Source: Calditrichia bacterium (GTDB taxonomy: Bacteria > Calditrichota > Calditrichia > JAJRVZ01). Taken from it: a DNA stretch of 64,000 nt. The stretch is taken from the NCBI GenBank assembly GCA_963796965.1, contig CAWCNS010000004.1, forward strand, positions 832,001 through 896,000, read 5' to 3'. The stretch's first letter is position 1; each line of letters opens with the position of its first letter. The notes below the pieces were generated by a model. The model was not told where the DNA came from. It saw nothing but the letters and a program-made list of their open reading frames with translations, and did not search any database. Below, piece by piece: positions 51,176 to 61,490 of this stretch. The translations under genes were made by a program, and so were the position numbers.

Positions 51176-54100
51176 ATGCCAAAGATTGATTCTATTAGTT
51201 TTAGTGACTTTTATATTAATGAGTTCTTTGATCAGGTTCGGGAAAAGACGCGCTCTGAATTCAAAGAAGAGAATTATAAATTGGTCGATGAATTATTTGC
51301 GCTACTAAGTTCACAAGACGAGATTACTGATGGAATAAGTAAATTAGCTGAGGAGCAAGCCTCTAGTGAATTATCGATATTTCTGTTTGACATATACGAT
51401 CGTGCGCAGGATTATCCGCCCAGTGAATTAGTTGACGCTCTACCTGAAATTGCCGATGACTTTGTAAGCGGATTAACAATCATGCTTGAAGAAGAAAAAG
51501 AAATACTTGAGGCAATAGAAAAAGTGGTGAAAAATCTACGCGGCGAGATCGGGGCGGAAGAGGATTTTGAAGATGTTAAGTCTGAACAAGTCGATGTTGG
51601 TCAAAGTGAAATTATTGAAGAAGAACTTCCTGAAGAAACTCAAAGTTTTCAAGAATTTGTGGAAATACGTTTTTTTGAGCAACTACAAACAACCCTGCAA
51701 ATTCAACAAAGTGAAGAAAAAACAAAAAGCAATATTGCGTTCATCAAGCTTATACCAGAACAATTGAACGAATTTTCTGATTTGGGAGACGATGAATCGT
51801 TTGGCGTTCTTGTTAATCAAGTCTCTCAAATACTGCCATGGTATAAAGGGGAGACTTATATACCTTCGGCTATTATTAGTAACCTCCCATCAATGATTGA
51901 TAGTATTGTCACAGCACTTCATAATTTAGATAGTACATTTATTAGTAATGCCATTGGAGAGGGCAAAATTATCTTTGAGAAAACAGAGAATGTGGAACAA
52001 AAGGATCAAGAATTTAGCAAGGAAGAGATTGCCACTGAACCCACTACTATAGATAGCCTTCTATCGGAATACTTTCAGATTGAAGCCAATGATCACGCGA
52101 ATAGGTTTAATAAAGTTCTAAAGAATCTTCAAGAAGACACGGACAACAAAAAAAATCTTCAAGAGTTATTTGATACTTTTCAATCATTTAAAGAAATCAG
52201 CATGATCCACGGATATGTTATTCTGGAGGATTTCTGTTCGGAGATAATTGCTTTAATCAATTTATCAAGAAAAGAGAACAAAGAATATAATCAAGAGGCT
52301 GATGGACAGTTCTCGAGGTTCCTTGGTATTCTTAAAAATACAGATAAACTAAAGGATGCCAGAGCGAAAACAGCTGAAACAGAGGAACTTAACGAAGTAC
52401 TAACCTATTTTCAAAGTAACCTTTTTGTTCCTAAAGGCTCTGTCATGGATGGGAATACCCAGGAAGTCCCAGACACAGAATCTAAAAAGAAAGAAAAATT
52501 AATTGAATCGGGTAATCAGACCGAACTCACAAAAATTCTCAGAAGTCTTCTTAGAGATTTAAAACCCCGGTTTAAAAATTCCTTAGAAGACGGAACTTCC
52601 GATCTAACTGAGTTATTACCATTGGTTGGCAAATTACAATTTGCTACTGAACTCATCGGTAATCAGGACCTATCTGAGTTTTTTGTCAATTATGCTAAGG
52701 GCATTGGATATGCCCAGACAAAAGCAGCAGATGAAAGAGAGTCTATAACTCCAGAATTATTAACTCTTTATAATGCCTTTACACGGAAAGCCAATCCGGA
52801 ATTTAAATACGAATTATATAAGAACCGTATTGAGAAATTATTTGAAATAAATTCAGATCCTGTTCCTGAACCTATACCTGAAACCAAATCTGAACCAGAA
52901 CCAGAATCAGATCCTGAACCACTAACACAGATGAAACCTGTTTCCGATTCTACGTCGGAAGATCTATCAATAAACGATATTGATACATTATTGCATATTC
53001 TTTTGGAAATAGAAGAATTTAATCTGGTGAACTTCTATGCCAATTTAGAAAAATCCTCTTCGGCCAAGGGTAAACCGGATTTTGATTTCCAGATAAATCA
53101 TTTCCAACGTTTGTTAAGTAATCTAAAGCTCGTCAACTGTACGGGACTGACAGGTTTTCCAGAAATGTTTTTAATGGTTTTACGGTCAGAGGAAATAAGT
53201 AATGCTGATGAAATGGATCTGAAATCTATTGAAGACTGCTATCGGGATATATTGAAAATAATATCACAACAAGGTACCACTGCAGATATAGAAGATAGCC
53301 TTTCAATTTTAAAGGCCACAATTTTTGGGGATGAAGAGGATCTTGAGGAATCTCTGGAAGATCTTGAATCTGAACGCGAAGAAGAGATTGCCTCAGATGA
53401 GCAGAGCGGTGGAGAGGCTATAGAGGAAATTGAGGTAGATGAAACGGCAGATTCTGGCGAAGAAGACCTGGATGAGATCTTTAAACAGGAATCTGAAAAA
53501 TATATTGGAATAATTGGCGCAGCCTTACAAAATATAAAAGACAATCCCCAGGATTTAAATTCTTACGAATCGATTGAAAAGAGTCTTCATTCCATGAAAT
53601 CATCGGCCCGACTTATGGGATATAACGATGTCGCTGATCTTTCTGGTCCCCTGGAAAAACTATTTGAAAAATTACATACAGCAGGACAATCCTTAGATAA
53701 TGATCAATTTGCTATTATTAAAAAAGTTGTGGGGGGATTAGAGTCGGGCATTCGTCATGAAGAAATCGATGCCAATCGCTTAATTGAAGAATTAAAGCAA
53801 ATTAATGTAAAAGATACTTTATTAAATGAAGTTTCTTCCACTGAGTCAGATACGAGTGAAGATGAGGTAACTGAAGAACAATTATTTGCTGATTCTGATA
53901 CAGAGGATGAAGATTTGCTTGAGATTTTCAAAGATGAATCAAGTGAGTATATTGCTATTGCCGAGAAGGCCATAAAATCTTTGCGTGAAAACTTGAGCGA
54001 TGCTGAAGCCTTAAGCCAACTCGAACATGCAATGCATTCAATGAAAACCGCAGCAAAAATGCTCGGTTTTAGTGAGATAGGTCAGATTGCAGATTCTGTC

Positions 54101-56710
54101 GAGGTTGCTGTGGTTGCAATATTGCGAGGTGAAATTAAAAATAATTCTACTATTATCGAAGGATTCACAAAAGCGATAACTCTAGTTAAAGAACTAACAG
54201 CGGGAAAGAAACAAGATTTAGAATCAATAGAAAATATTTCGTCTGAATTAAGTATTTATCGGTTGAAGGAAATTGAGTCGTCCACACCTTCTTCAACAGA
54301 GGCAGAAAAAATTGAGATCAAATCTCCCGAATTGGATGAACAGACACAAATGTTTGTCAAAGAGGGATGGGAATTGCTAGAAAAACTAAATCGTGACTTG
54401 CTAAACCTGGAGAAGAATCCAGGTAATCCCTCAATACTTGCTGATTTGAATCGGACAATTCACACCCTAAAAGGAAGTGCTCAGATACTTGATTTTAAAC
54501 AGATTGGTACCCTGGCTCATAAAGTAGAAGATCTGTTCGCCAAATCAAAGAATGGGTTGAATGAGCATGAAGTTGATGTGATTTTTAAGTCTGTCGATGT
54601 GATTCAGGATGTAATTAAATCAATAAAAAGCGGGGAGGGTGAAAAAAATGATGAGATTAATATTATAATAGAGCAGGTTGAGAACATTTTAAATGATACG
54701 GTTCCACAAAATATTGAGGACGAGACGAGTGCTTCCGCTGTGCCTCCTCTTACAAAGCCGAAATTGGTCGGGGTAGAAAATGCCGAGGATATATCAGAAA
54801 ACAGCGAACAATTTATAAAAATAACGACTGACAATCTAGACAATCTAATAAATATGGCTGCCGAGTTAGTTATCAACAAAACACAATTAAATGCCTATCT
54901 GGAAAAATTAAGGCGGATTGCTGAAACTATTGAGGACGATAAAAAAAGACTTCGCAAAACAGATCGGACAATTACGGCTTTTATGGAGAGAACCAAGGAT
55001 GAGGATAATAAATCTAAAACGCCGTTTGAAGTGGATGAAAATGTATTGAATGATCTAATGTCTGTAACAGACGACTTTAAAGACGTTGTAACTACTTTTG
55101 ACACAGTCTCGAGTAGTTTCCGCTCAATTACACGAGATTTTGAGCAAAATATTGGCCAGATTTCAAGTTTATCAAAATCTTTACATGATAACATTTTACA
55201 AGTCCGCCTTGTTCCGACCGAAATGCTCTTTAACCGTTTCCCACGTGCTGTACGTGATATGGCAAAAAAATTAAAGAAGAAGGTGAACCTGGTTGTGGAG
55301 GGAGAACAAACGGAAATGGACCGTGCCCTTATTGAATCGCTAACCGACCCGGTTATGCATCTTGTCCGCAATGCCATCGATCATGGTATAGAATTACCTT
55401 CAGAACGAAAGAAACAGGGAAAAAGTGAAGATGGTATTATTCTACTAAAAGCTAAACGGAGTAAAAACCAGATTATTATTGAAATACAGGATGATGGCCA
55501 GGGTATTGATCCTGATCTTGTGAAAAACGAGATAATTAAAAAAGGGTTGGCTGAAGAGAATGAAGTAGAGAAATTGAATACGGCAGAGATCCTCGAGTAT
55601 GTATTCCAACCCGGGTTTTCTACCCGTGAGGAAGCATCAGACGTTTCCGGTAGAGGTGTAGGACTTGATGTCGTATTTAACCAGCTTAAAAAACTTAAGG
55701 GTGATATTCGAATAAACTCGACTCAGGGAAAAGGTACTATCTTTACTGTTCGGGTGCCACTGACATTCACTATTGCGCAGGCAATAATGGTAAAAGTGGG
55801 ATCTGAGACGCTTGCCATTCCAATCTCCGCCGTTGAAGAAACCGTACAATTCCAAGATCCTGAATTGGTAGAAAAAGACGAACGTGCATTTATTACCGTG
55901 CGGGATAAACTTATTCCAGTTGCCTATCTTTCCTCATTACTAATTTTTGGATCTTCTGATAAATTGAAAGATGAAACTATAAAAACAGCTATTATTGTAC
56001 GGGAAGCCGGGGCTATGTATGCACTTATTGTAGATGGTGTAATAGGGAGAGAGGAAATAGTAATCAAATCCCTTGGCGAAGAACTTTCAAAAATTCCCTA
56101 CATCTCAGGGGGTACCGTATCTGGAGATGGTTCTGTAATACTCATTCTGGATATTCCTTCGATTACTCAAAAAATAAGATCGGATGTCGATGAACCTGAA
56201 GAAGACTTTTCTGCTATTGAAAGAGCCAGAAAGGTTATTTCACAGGGATCTAAGGACAAAAAGCCAAAAGTAGTTGCAAAAAAGAAGGAACCCATTAAAC
56301 CTGGTAAAGTATTAATAAAGAAGAAAACGCTTTCTGGAAGGGCGCCTGTTGCCTTAATAGTCGACGATTCTGTGAGTGTAAGAAAATTTGTCTCATCTGT
56401 CTTAGAAAAGAACAAATATACCACAGTTTTAGCTGAAGACGGTCCAGAAGCATTAGAAGAACTTAAAAAAGAAAAATTTGATATTATCATTACAGATCTT
56501 GAAATGCCTAAAATGCAGGGTTTTGATCTTATTGAGGAAATAAGAAAACAACGCTCATACCAGCATATTCCAATTGTTATTTTAACCGGAAGAGCGGGCA
56601 AAAAACATAAGGATCGAGGCGTTGAATTAGGTGCAAATGCTTATATTACCAAGCCATTCAAAGAAGGCGATTTATTAAACACATTAGAAAATTTTATAGA
56701 AATAACCTAA
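51176..56710 (+). CDS. Hybrid CheA (ChpA/PilL-like): multiple Hpt domains, dimerisation domain, HATPase, CheW domain, receiver
   Basis: LHSMKSSA, MHSMKTAA, IHTLKGSA; HLVRNAIDHG, DDGQG, FQPGFST, GRGVGLDVV; C-terminal VDDS...TDLEMP...KPF. Confidence 0.93.
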   Translation: MPKIDSISFSDFYINEFFDQVREKTRSEFKEENYKLVDELFALLSSQDEITDGISKLAEEQASSELSIFLFDIYDRAQDYPPSELVDALPEIADDFVSGLTIMLEEEKEILEAIEKVVKNLRGEIGAEEDFEDVKSEQVDVGQSEIIEEELPEETQSFQEFVEIRFFEQLQTTLQIQQSEEKTKSNIAFIKLIPEQLNEFSDLGDDESFGVLVNQVSQILPWYKGETYIPSAIISNLPSMIDSIVTALHNLDSTFISNAIGEGKIIFEKTENVEQKDQEFSKEEIATEPTTIDSLLSEYFQIEANDHANRFNKVLKNLQEDTDNKKNLQELFDTFQSFKEISMIHGYVILEDFCSEIIALINLSRKENKEYNQEADGQFSRFLGILKNTDKLKDARAKTAETEELNEVLTYFQSNLFVPKGSVMDGNTQEVPDTESKKKEKLIESGNQTELTKILRSLLRDLKPRFKNSLEDGTSDLTELLPLVGKLQFATELIGNQDLSEFFVNYAKGIGYAQTKAADERESITPELLTLYNAFTRKANPEFKYELYKNRIEKLFEINSDPVPEPIPETKSEPEPESDPEPLTQMKPVSDSTSEDLSINDIDTLLHILLEIEEFNLVNFYANLEKSSSAKGKPDFDFQINHFQRLLSNLKLVNCTGLTGFPEMFLMVLRSEEISNADEMDLKSIEDCYRDILKIISQQGTTADIEDSLSILKATIFGDEEDLEESLEDLESEREEEIASDEQSGGEAIEEIEVDETADSGEEDLDEIFKQESEKYIGIIGAALQNIKDNPQDLNSYESIEKSLHSMKSSARLMGYNDVADLSGPLEKLFEKLHTAGQSLDNDQFAIIKKVVGGLESGIRHEEIDANRLIEELKQINVKDTLLNEVSSTESDTSEDEVTEEQLFADSDTEDEDLLEIFKDESSEYIAIAEKAIKSLRENLSDAEALSQLEHAMHSMKTAAKMLGFSEIGQIADSVEVAVVAILRGEIKNNSTIIEGFTKAITLVKELTAGKKQDLESIENISSELSIYRLKEIESSTPSSTEAEKIEIKSPELDEQTQMFVKEGWELLEKLNRDLLNLEKNPGNPSILADLNRTIHTLKGSAQILDFKQIGTLAHKVEDLFAKSKNGLNEHEVDVIFKSVDVIQDVIKSIKSGEGEKNDEINIIIEQVENILNDTVPQNIEDETSASAVPPLTKPKLVGVENAEDISENSEQFIKITTDNLDNLINMAAELVINKTQLNAYLEKLRRIAETIEDDKKRLRKTDRTITAFMERTKDEDNKSKTPFEVDENVLNDLMSVTDDFKDVVTTFDTVSSSFRSITRDFEQNIGQISSLSKSLHDNILQVRLVPTEMLFNRFPRAVRDMAKKLKKKVNLVVEGEQTEMDRALIESLTDPVMHLVRNAIDHGIELPSERKKQGKSEDGIILLKAKRSKNQIIIEIQDDGQGIDPDLVKNEIIKKGLAEENEVEKLNTAEILEYVFQPGFSTREEASDVSGRGVGLDVVFNQLKKLKGDIRINSTQGKGTIFTVRVPLTFTIAQAIMVKVGSETLAIPISAVEETVQFQDPELVEKDERAFITVRDKLIPVAYLSSLLIFGSSDKLKDETIKTAIIVREAGAMYALIVDGVIGREEIVIKSLGEELSKIPYISGGTVSGDGSVILILDIPSITQKIRSDVDEPEEDFSAIERARKVISQGSKDKKPKVVAKKKEPIKPGKVLIKKKTLSGRAPVALIVDDSVSVRKFVSSVLEKNKYTTVLAEDGPEALEELKKEKFDIIITDLEMPKMQGFDLIEEIRKQRSYQHIPIVILTGRAGKKHKDRGVELGANAYITKPFKEGDLLNTLENFIEIT

Positions 56711-57021
56711 TCTTTCCTATTTGCTAAAATAGGTTTTGATCGTAGAGTTTCTCTTAAAACCGCTCGCTTTATTCTTGTCACTCTTGTGATTTAATTGCTT
56801 TACATCTGGCAATTTACATCATATATTATATACCCGATTATTTTAAAAACTAAAAAAGTTCGGATTTGTTTATAAATAGGTTGTTTTATCGCAAATTTTT
56901 ATTTACTAATGCTTTACAAGGCTTTGAGTGTTTGCAGGATTTGTAAAAATAAAGTTCAGTATAAATGCGTCGATAATAAGATAAAGAAAAAGATTGGATA
57001 TATTATTGTTGAAGAATACTC

Positions 57022-58482
57022 ATGAATAAATCAAGTGCTCAAAAAAATATTTCTCTATCGATTAGTATTCTGCTATTTCTAATCTTGTGGTCAACAGTCT
57101 CTGCTCAAACCCAAAGATTTAATGGTCAGGTTATCAAGGGTAATTCTCGCTGGAGCGGAACAATTATTATAGCTGGTGATATTATTATTGAGAAGGGTAG
57201 TCGGTTGGAAATTGAACCAGGCACAAATATATTGTTTGAGGCTGGAAAAGATTTGCAAAAAAGTGGAGATGACAAAACAAGGTGTGAATTGATTGTTAAG
57301 GGCACATTGATTGCACGTGGACTTCCAGGTAAGCGAATTACCTTTTCATCAAAAGCGCCAATGCCACGAATGGGCGATTGGTACGGACTTAGATTCCTTC
57401 ATCTTAAAACCGGAAGTATAATCGAATATTGCGTTGTAGAATATGCCTATAACGGGATATCGATAAAAAACAGTACCATGCTGGTCAGCAATTGTGAGAT
57501 ACGATATAACTATCATGCTGGGATAAATTCCGAGGTCAAGGCTAAACCAACAATTAAAAATAATATTCTTTCTGATAATGGATATGCTGGAATTATTTGT
57601 GAATTAGGTGCGAAGCCTATTCTGACAGAAAATCTAATTTCTCTCAACCGGATAGGTGTTGTTGCTTATAGTCTTTCTCAGCCCAATCTGGGTTCTTTAT
57701 CAAAGGATGATAATTATAATCCAGGAAAAAATCATATATTTAAGAATGAGGAATATAACTTTTATAATCATTCTACAAAGACTATATCGGCAGAGAACAA
57801 TTCCTGGGATAATGACACACAAGGATCTATCATCGCTAAAGTATATGATAGGGATGACAACAGTAAATATGGGCCTGTTGATTTTCGACCGATTCTAAGA
57901 AAATCAAACACGCAGGGTTTGAATGGCCTCGTATTGCTTACCCAGAATCCTGCGTCAACGGATAGTAACGCTATAAATAATCCATCAACAGAAACTCTTA
58001 CAACGACAGGGGTGATGGCTGATACAATCCCTCCAAACATTTCACAAAACGCAGGCAATAATTTAGAAGAAATAGAAGGGGGAAGACTTGAGGCAAATTT
58101 GGAAGAGGCTATACCATTAATAGCCTCAAACGCACCTTCCAGCCAGATATTACCAACATCAAGAAAAGTAGCAACCCAACAAATTGATTATGATCAGATA
58201 TTTTTGGAACTCTTTTTAGATGGTGGAAAGAAAGAATATCAAGCAAAGCCTAAATTTAAGATTACCAATGTCTTGAAGAATGTTCTGGAACCAGGAGAGA
58301 TCCGTATTCGTGTCATTGTCGCCCGAAGTGGAAAAGTAGATCAGGCAACTATATTAAAAGGTCTTAACGATATTCTCGACCAGGCGATCTTAGAGACAGT
58401 TAAAAACTATCGTTACAGAGGCGGTACCGTTAATGGCCAATCTGTTAAATATACAACCAGTGAGGTATTCCGTTTCGAATAA
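57022..58482 (+). CDS. Secreted right-handed beta-helix repeat protein with a C-terminal TonB-C-like domain
   Basis: Signal peptide; GDWYGLRF, IIEYCVVEYA and IKNNILSDN repeats; C-terminal GEIRIRVIVARSGKV...LDQAILETVKNYRY...NGQSV. Confidence 0.75.
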   Translation: MNKSSAQKNISLSISILLFLILWSTVSAQTQRFNGQVIKGNSRWSGTIIIAGDIIIEKGSRLEIEPGTNILFEAGKDLQKSGDDKTRCELIVKGTLIARGLPGKRITFSSKAPMPRMGDWYGLRFLHLKTGSIIEYCVVEYAYNGISIKNSTMLVSNCEIRYNYHAGINSEVKAKPTIKNNILSDNGYAGIICELGAKPILTENLISLNRIGVVAYSLSQPNLGSLSKDDNYNPGKNHIFKNEEYNFYNHSTKTISAENNSWDNDTQGSIIAKVYDRDDNSKYGPVDFRPILRKSNTQGLNGLVLLTQNPASTDSNAINNPSTETLTTTGVMADTIPPNISQNAGNNLEEIEGGRLEANLEEAIPLIASNAPSSQILPTSRKVATQQIDYDQIFLELFLDGGKKEYQAKPKFKITNVLKNVLEPGEIRIRVIVARSGKVDQATILKGLNDILDQAILETVKNYRYRGGTVNGQSVKYTTSEVFRFE

Positions 58483-59371
58483 ACTAATTCTAATATTCAT
58501 AGATGGCGTTGGAGTTGGAGAATTGAATCCGTCTTATAATCCCTGTTGTTTTTCAGAAACAGGGATTTTTAATTGTAAGGGATCTGATCTTCCTTTCGAT
58601 GGAATCCAGCATCCCCTTGATGCTCAATTAGGTGTCCCAGGTTATCCTCAAAGTGCAACAGGTCATACGACAATCTATACGGGAATCAATGCACCTGCAC
58701 ATATAAACAAGCATCTTTATGGTTTCCCTAATGCCGAACTAAGATCTGTGTTACAAGATAAATCTTTATTTGTGATCCTGACCAGGCGAGAATTTAAATG
58801 TAAATTTATGAATGCATTTCGCCCGGTTTTTTTTACCAGCCCTGAACTATTCAAAAACAAACATTTGTCAGCAACGACAGAGATGAATAAATATGCGGGT
58901 CTTTCTTTTGCTGATTTTTCTCAAATAATGAACAAAAGGGCACTTTACCATGATTATTCCAATAAAGAATTGATATCCAAGGGATTTGACTTACCTTCCT
59001 TTTCAGCAGACCAGGCAGCTGAAATTATTACAGGGGAAAGCCAATTATTTGATGTGGTTCTTTATGAATATTTTATGACAGATTTCGCCGGACACGCCCG
59101 GGATATGAAGCAGGCTATGAAAGAAATTCACAAAGTAGAAAATTTAGTTCTGGCGACGATAAATAAAACTAATTTTGATAATACATCTCTCATGGTTGTT
59201 AGTGATCATGGTAATATCGAAGATCTCAGAACCAAATCCCATACAAATAATCCGGCCTTTTTTGGGGTTTGGTGGGCAAAGTCCTTCAAGGGAAAATCAA
59301 CTCCAAAATCTTTGGAAGATGTTTGTCCACTGATACTATCCATGTTTCAAAAGTTTTTTCCTGATATATAG
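58433..59371 (+). CDS. Alkaline phosphatase-superfamily metalloenzyme (phosphoglycerate mutase/phosphopentomutase-like); start may be the GTG at 58460
   Basis: FIDGVGVG, PQSATGHT, TDFAGH, SDHGN, SHTNNP. Confidence 0.8.
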   Translation: MANLLNIQPVRYSVSNKLILIFIDGVGVGELNPSYNPCCFSETGIFNCKGSDLPFDGIQHPLDAQLGVPGYPQSATGHTTIYTGINAPAHINKHLYGFPNAELRSVLQDKSLFVILTRREFKCKFMNAFRPVFFTSPELFKNKHLSATTEMNKYAGLSFADFSQIMNKRALYHDYSNKELISKGFDLPSFSADQAAEIITGESQLFDVVLYEYFMTDFAGHARDMKQAMKEIHKVENLVLATINKTNFDNTSLMVVSDHGNIEDLRTKSHTNNPAFFGVWWAKSFKGKSTPKSLEDVCPLILSMFQKFFPDI

Positions 59372-59406
59372 AATTATGGGATGAAAGATGATAATAAAAA
59401 AAAATC

Positions 59407-59435
59407 TTGAATCAATCTTAGCTTCTAAGTAAAAT
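59407..59435 (+). promoter_or_regulatory. Putative sigma70 promoter
   Basis: TTGAAT-N17-TAAAAT upstream of the kinase gene. Confidence 0.4.
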
Positions 59436-59558
59436 GAAAATCCTGAGAATAATCTAAATTCGATGATAAATTTATATGAACCTGAATATCTTGTATCTCG
59501 TCGAAATAAATTTATTGTGAGATATGTGTGTATAATAGTAACGGGACAATCTTAGCCT

Positions 59559-60224
59559 ATGAGTAAGGATCAATCTACAGAAAAAAACAAACTTTTTGTT
59601 GCTATTGCCGGCAATATTGGTGTTGGAAAAACCACCCTCACGAGATTATTGGCTCAAAAACTCAGTTGGCGTGCCTATTATGAAAAGGTTATCGATAATC
59701 CTTATCTCGCCCCATTTTACGATGATATGGAGCGTTGGAGTTTTCATCTGCAAATATTTTTTCTTTCTCATCGATTCAAATCACAAAAAGAAATAACCGA
59801 ATGGCCGGATTCCTGTATCCAGGATCGCTCAATTTATGAAGATGTTGAAATATTTGCACACACTTTGTATGAGCAAAAATTTATGTCAGAGGTTGATTAT
59901 GAAAACTATAAGATGCTCTTTTCGACCATGGTAGATTACTTACGTAAACCCAATTTAATTATATATTTGAAAGCCTCTGTTGACCATCTGGTTGAAAGAA
60001 TTCTTAGCCGTGGTCGTGATTATGAGCAGACCATAGACCGCGCTTATCTTCAGAGATTGGGGAGCGCTTACGAGCGGTGGATTGATGAAGCTGAAGAGGA
60101 AGGTTTTAAAATACTGCGAATTGATACCGAAAATAAAAATTTTGAGCAGAATGAGAAAGAATTAAATATTATTGTTGACTATATACTCGAAATGGAAAAA
60201 CAATCTTGGTTAAACGTGGATTAA
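59559..60224 (+). CDS. Deoxynucleoside kinase (dAK/dGK family)
   Basis: IAGNIGVGKTT, NPYLAPFY, QIFFLSHRF, QDRSIYED, RGRDYE. Confidence 0.92.
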   Translation: MSKDQSTEKNKLFVAIAGNIGVGKTTLTRLLAQKLSWRAYYEKVIDNPYLAPFYDDMERWSFHLQIFFLSHRFKSQKEITEWPDSCIQDRSIYEDVEIFAHTLYEQKFMSEVDYENYKMLFSTMVDYLRKPNLIIYLKASVDHLVERILSRGRDYEQTIDRAYLQRLGSAYERWIDEAEEEGFKILRIDTENKNFEQNEKELNIIVDYILEMEKQSWLNVD

Positions 60225-61448
60225 TCATCTCTTATTATTTTCCTCCAACCGGGGGGGGTGGGGTTCAACGCTGGGTAAAACTTATCAAATATCTGCAACC
60301 ATTGGGCTGGGAGTTTACGGTTATTTCAAGTGCGTTTAATGATGATGATCCGAAAGACGAAACACTGCTTAATGATATCCCAGCTGGCACAGAAATTATT
60401 CGTATCCCAACTCCAGCACCAAGTTTAAGATCTAAAATTAATTTTTTTAAAAAGAGAGGTTATTGGCAACGCTGGATAAGTGCCTTTATCAATGTGACGG
60501 ATAGCCGAGAGTCCTGGAATAATAAAGCAAAATCATATATTGTCAATGAAATAAATAAAAATAATTATGATGTGGTGATTTTGTCTTCACCACCATATTC
60601 GCTTTCGATCCTGGCCGCTGATTTAACACAAATTCTGGATATTCCTGTAATACTTGATCTCCGTGATCCATGGACAATCAACCCTTATAAAATTCATCCT
60701 ACCTGGATTCATCGTTATCTGGATAGAAAACGAGAAGAGAAATCGATTGCTGCTATTAATTTCATAGTTGCAGCTTACGAAAGTACGTTAACAGATTTTG
60801 AGATCAGAATTCCAGGGTTTAAGGAAAAGAAGTATCTGCTACTGCCAAATGGTTATGACGAAGAGGACTTTACTGATCTCCGCGAATTGAATATCCCATT
60901 GGAATATGATTTAAATATTGGCTTCTCAGGCTCATTTTATTCACACCTCAATACACCCCACCAGGCTTTTTGCCGCTATACGTCTTTTAAAAGAAGAAAA
61001 TATTAATATTTGCTTTCACCACGTTGGGTCATCTGTACAAGACCTGGAAGTATTAGCGAGAAAATATAATATTTTGAATAATATTCGGGTTTGGGGATAC
61101 AAACCTCATAAAGAATGTCTGGAGTTACTAAACGTCACAGATGTTCTTTGCATGATTCTTGATAGCAATTGGGCGAATAGTCAATATACAATCGGTGGCA
61201 AATTCTATGAATATTTGCGGTTGAGAAAACCTATATTGGCAATTGTACCCGATGAAGGTGAAGCATCAATCGTCATAAAGAATACAGATTCTGGTATTAT
61301 TGTTTCTGAGAATAAAGCCCCTGTTATCGCAAATGCGTTAAAACAATTGTTATATTCTAAAATGACGTTTTCCTGGAAAGGAATCGAAAGATTTGATCGC
61401 CTCAAACAAGCAAAATATCTGAGTAATTATTTATGGGAGAGGAATTAA
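60206..61448 (+). CDS. GT4-family (GT-B) glycosyltransferase (frameshift near 60960)
   Basis: YYFPPTGGGGVQR, SSPPYS, DLRDPW, PNGYD, GKFYEYL. Confidence 0.85.
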
Positions 61449-61490
61449 AGTAATAGTATCAAACATGAAGGTTCTGTTTTAAAAAGAATA

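Noticed and set aside
52855..52925. Short EP-rich repeats (cctgaacc/gaaccaga) inside cheA
   Set aside because: They encode an ordinary Pro/Glu interdomain linker
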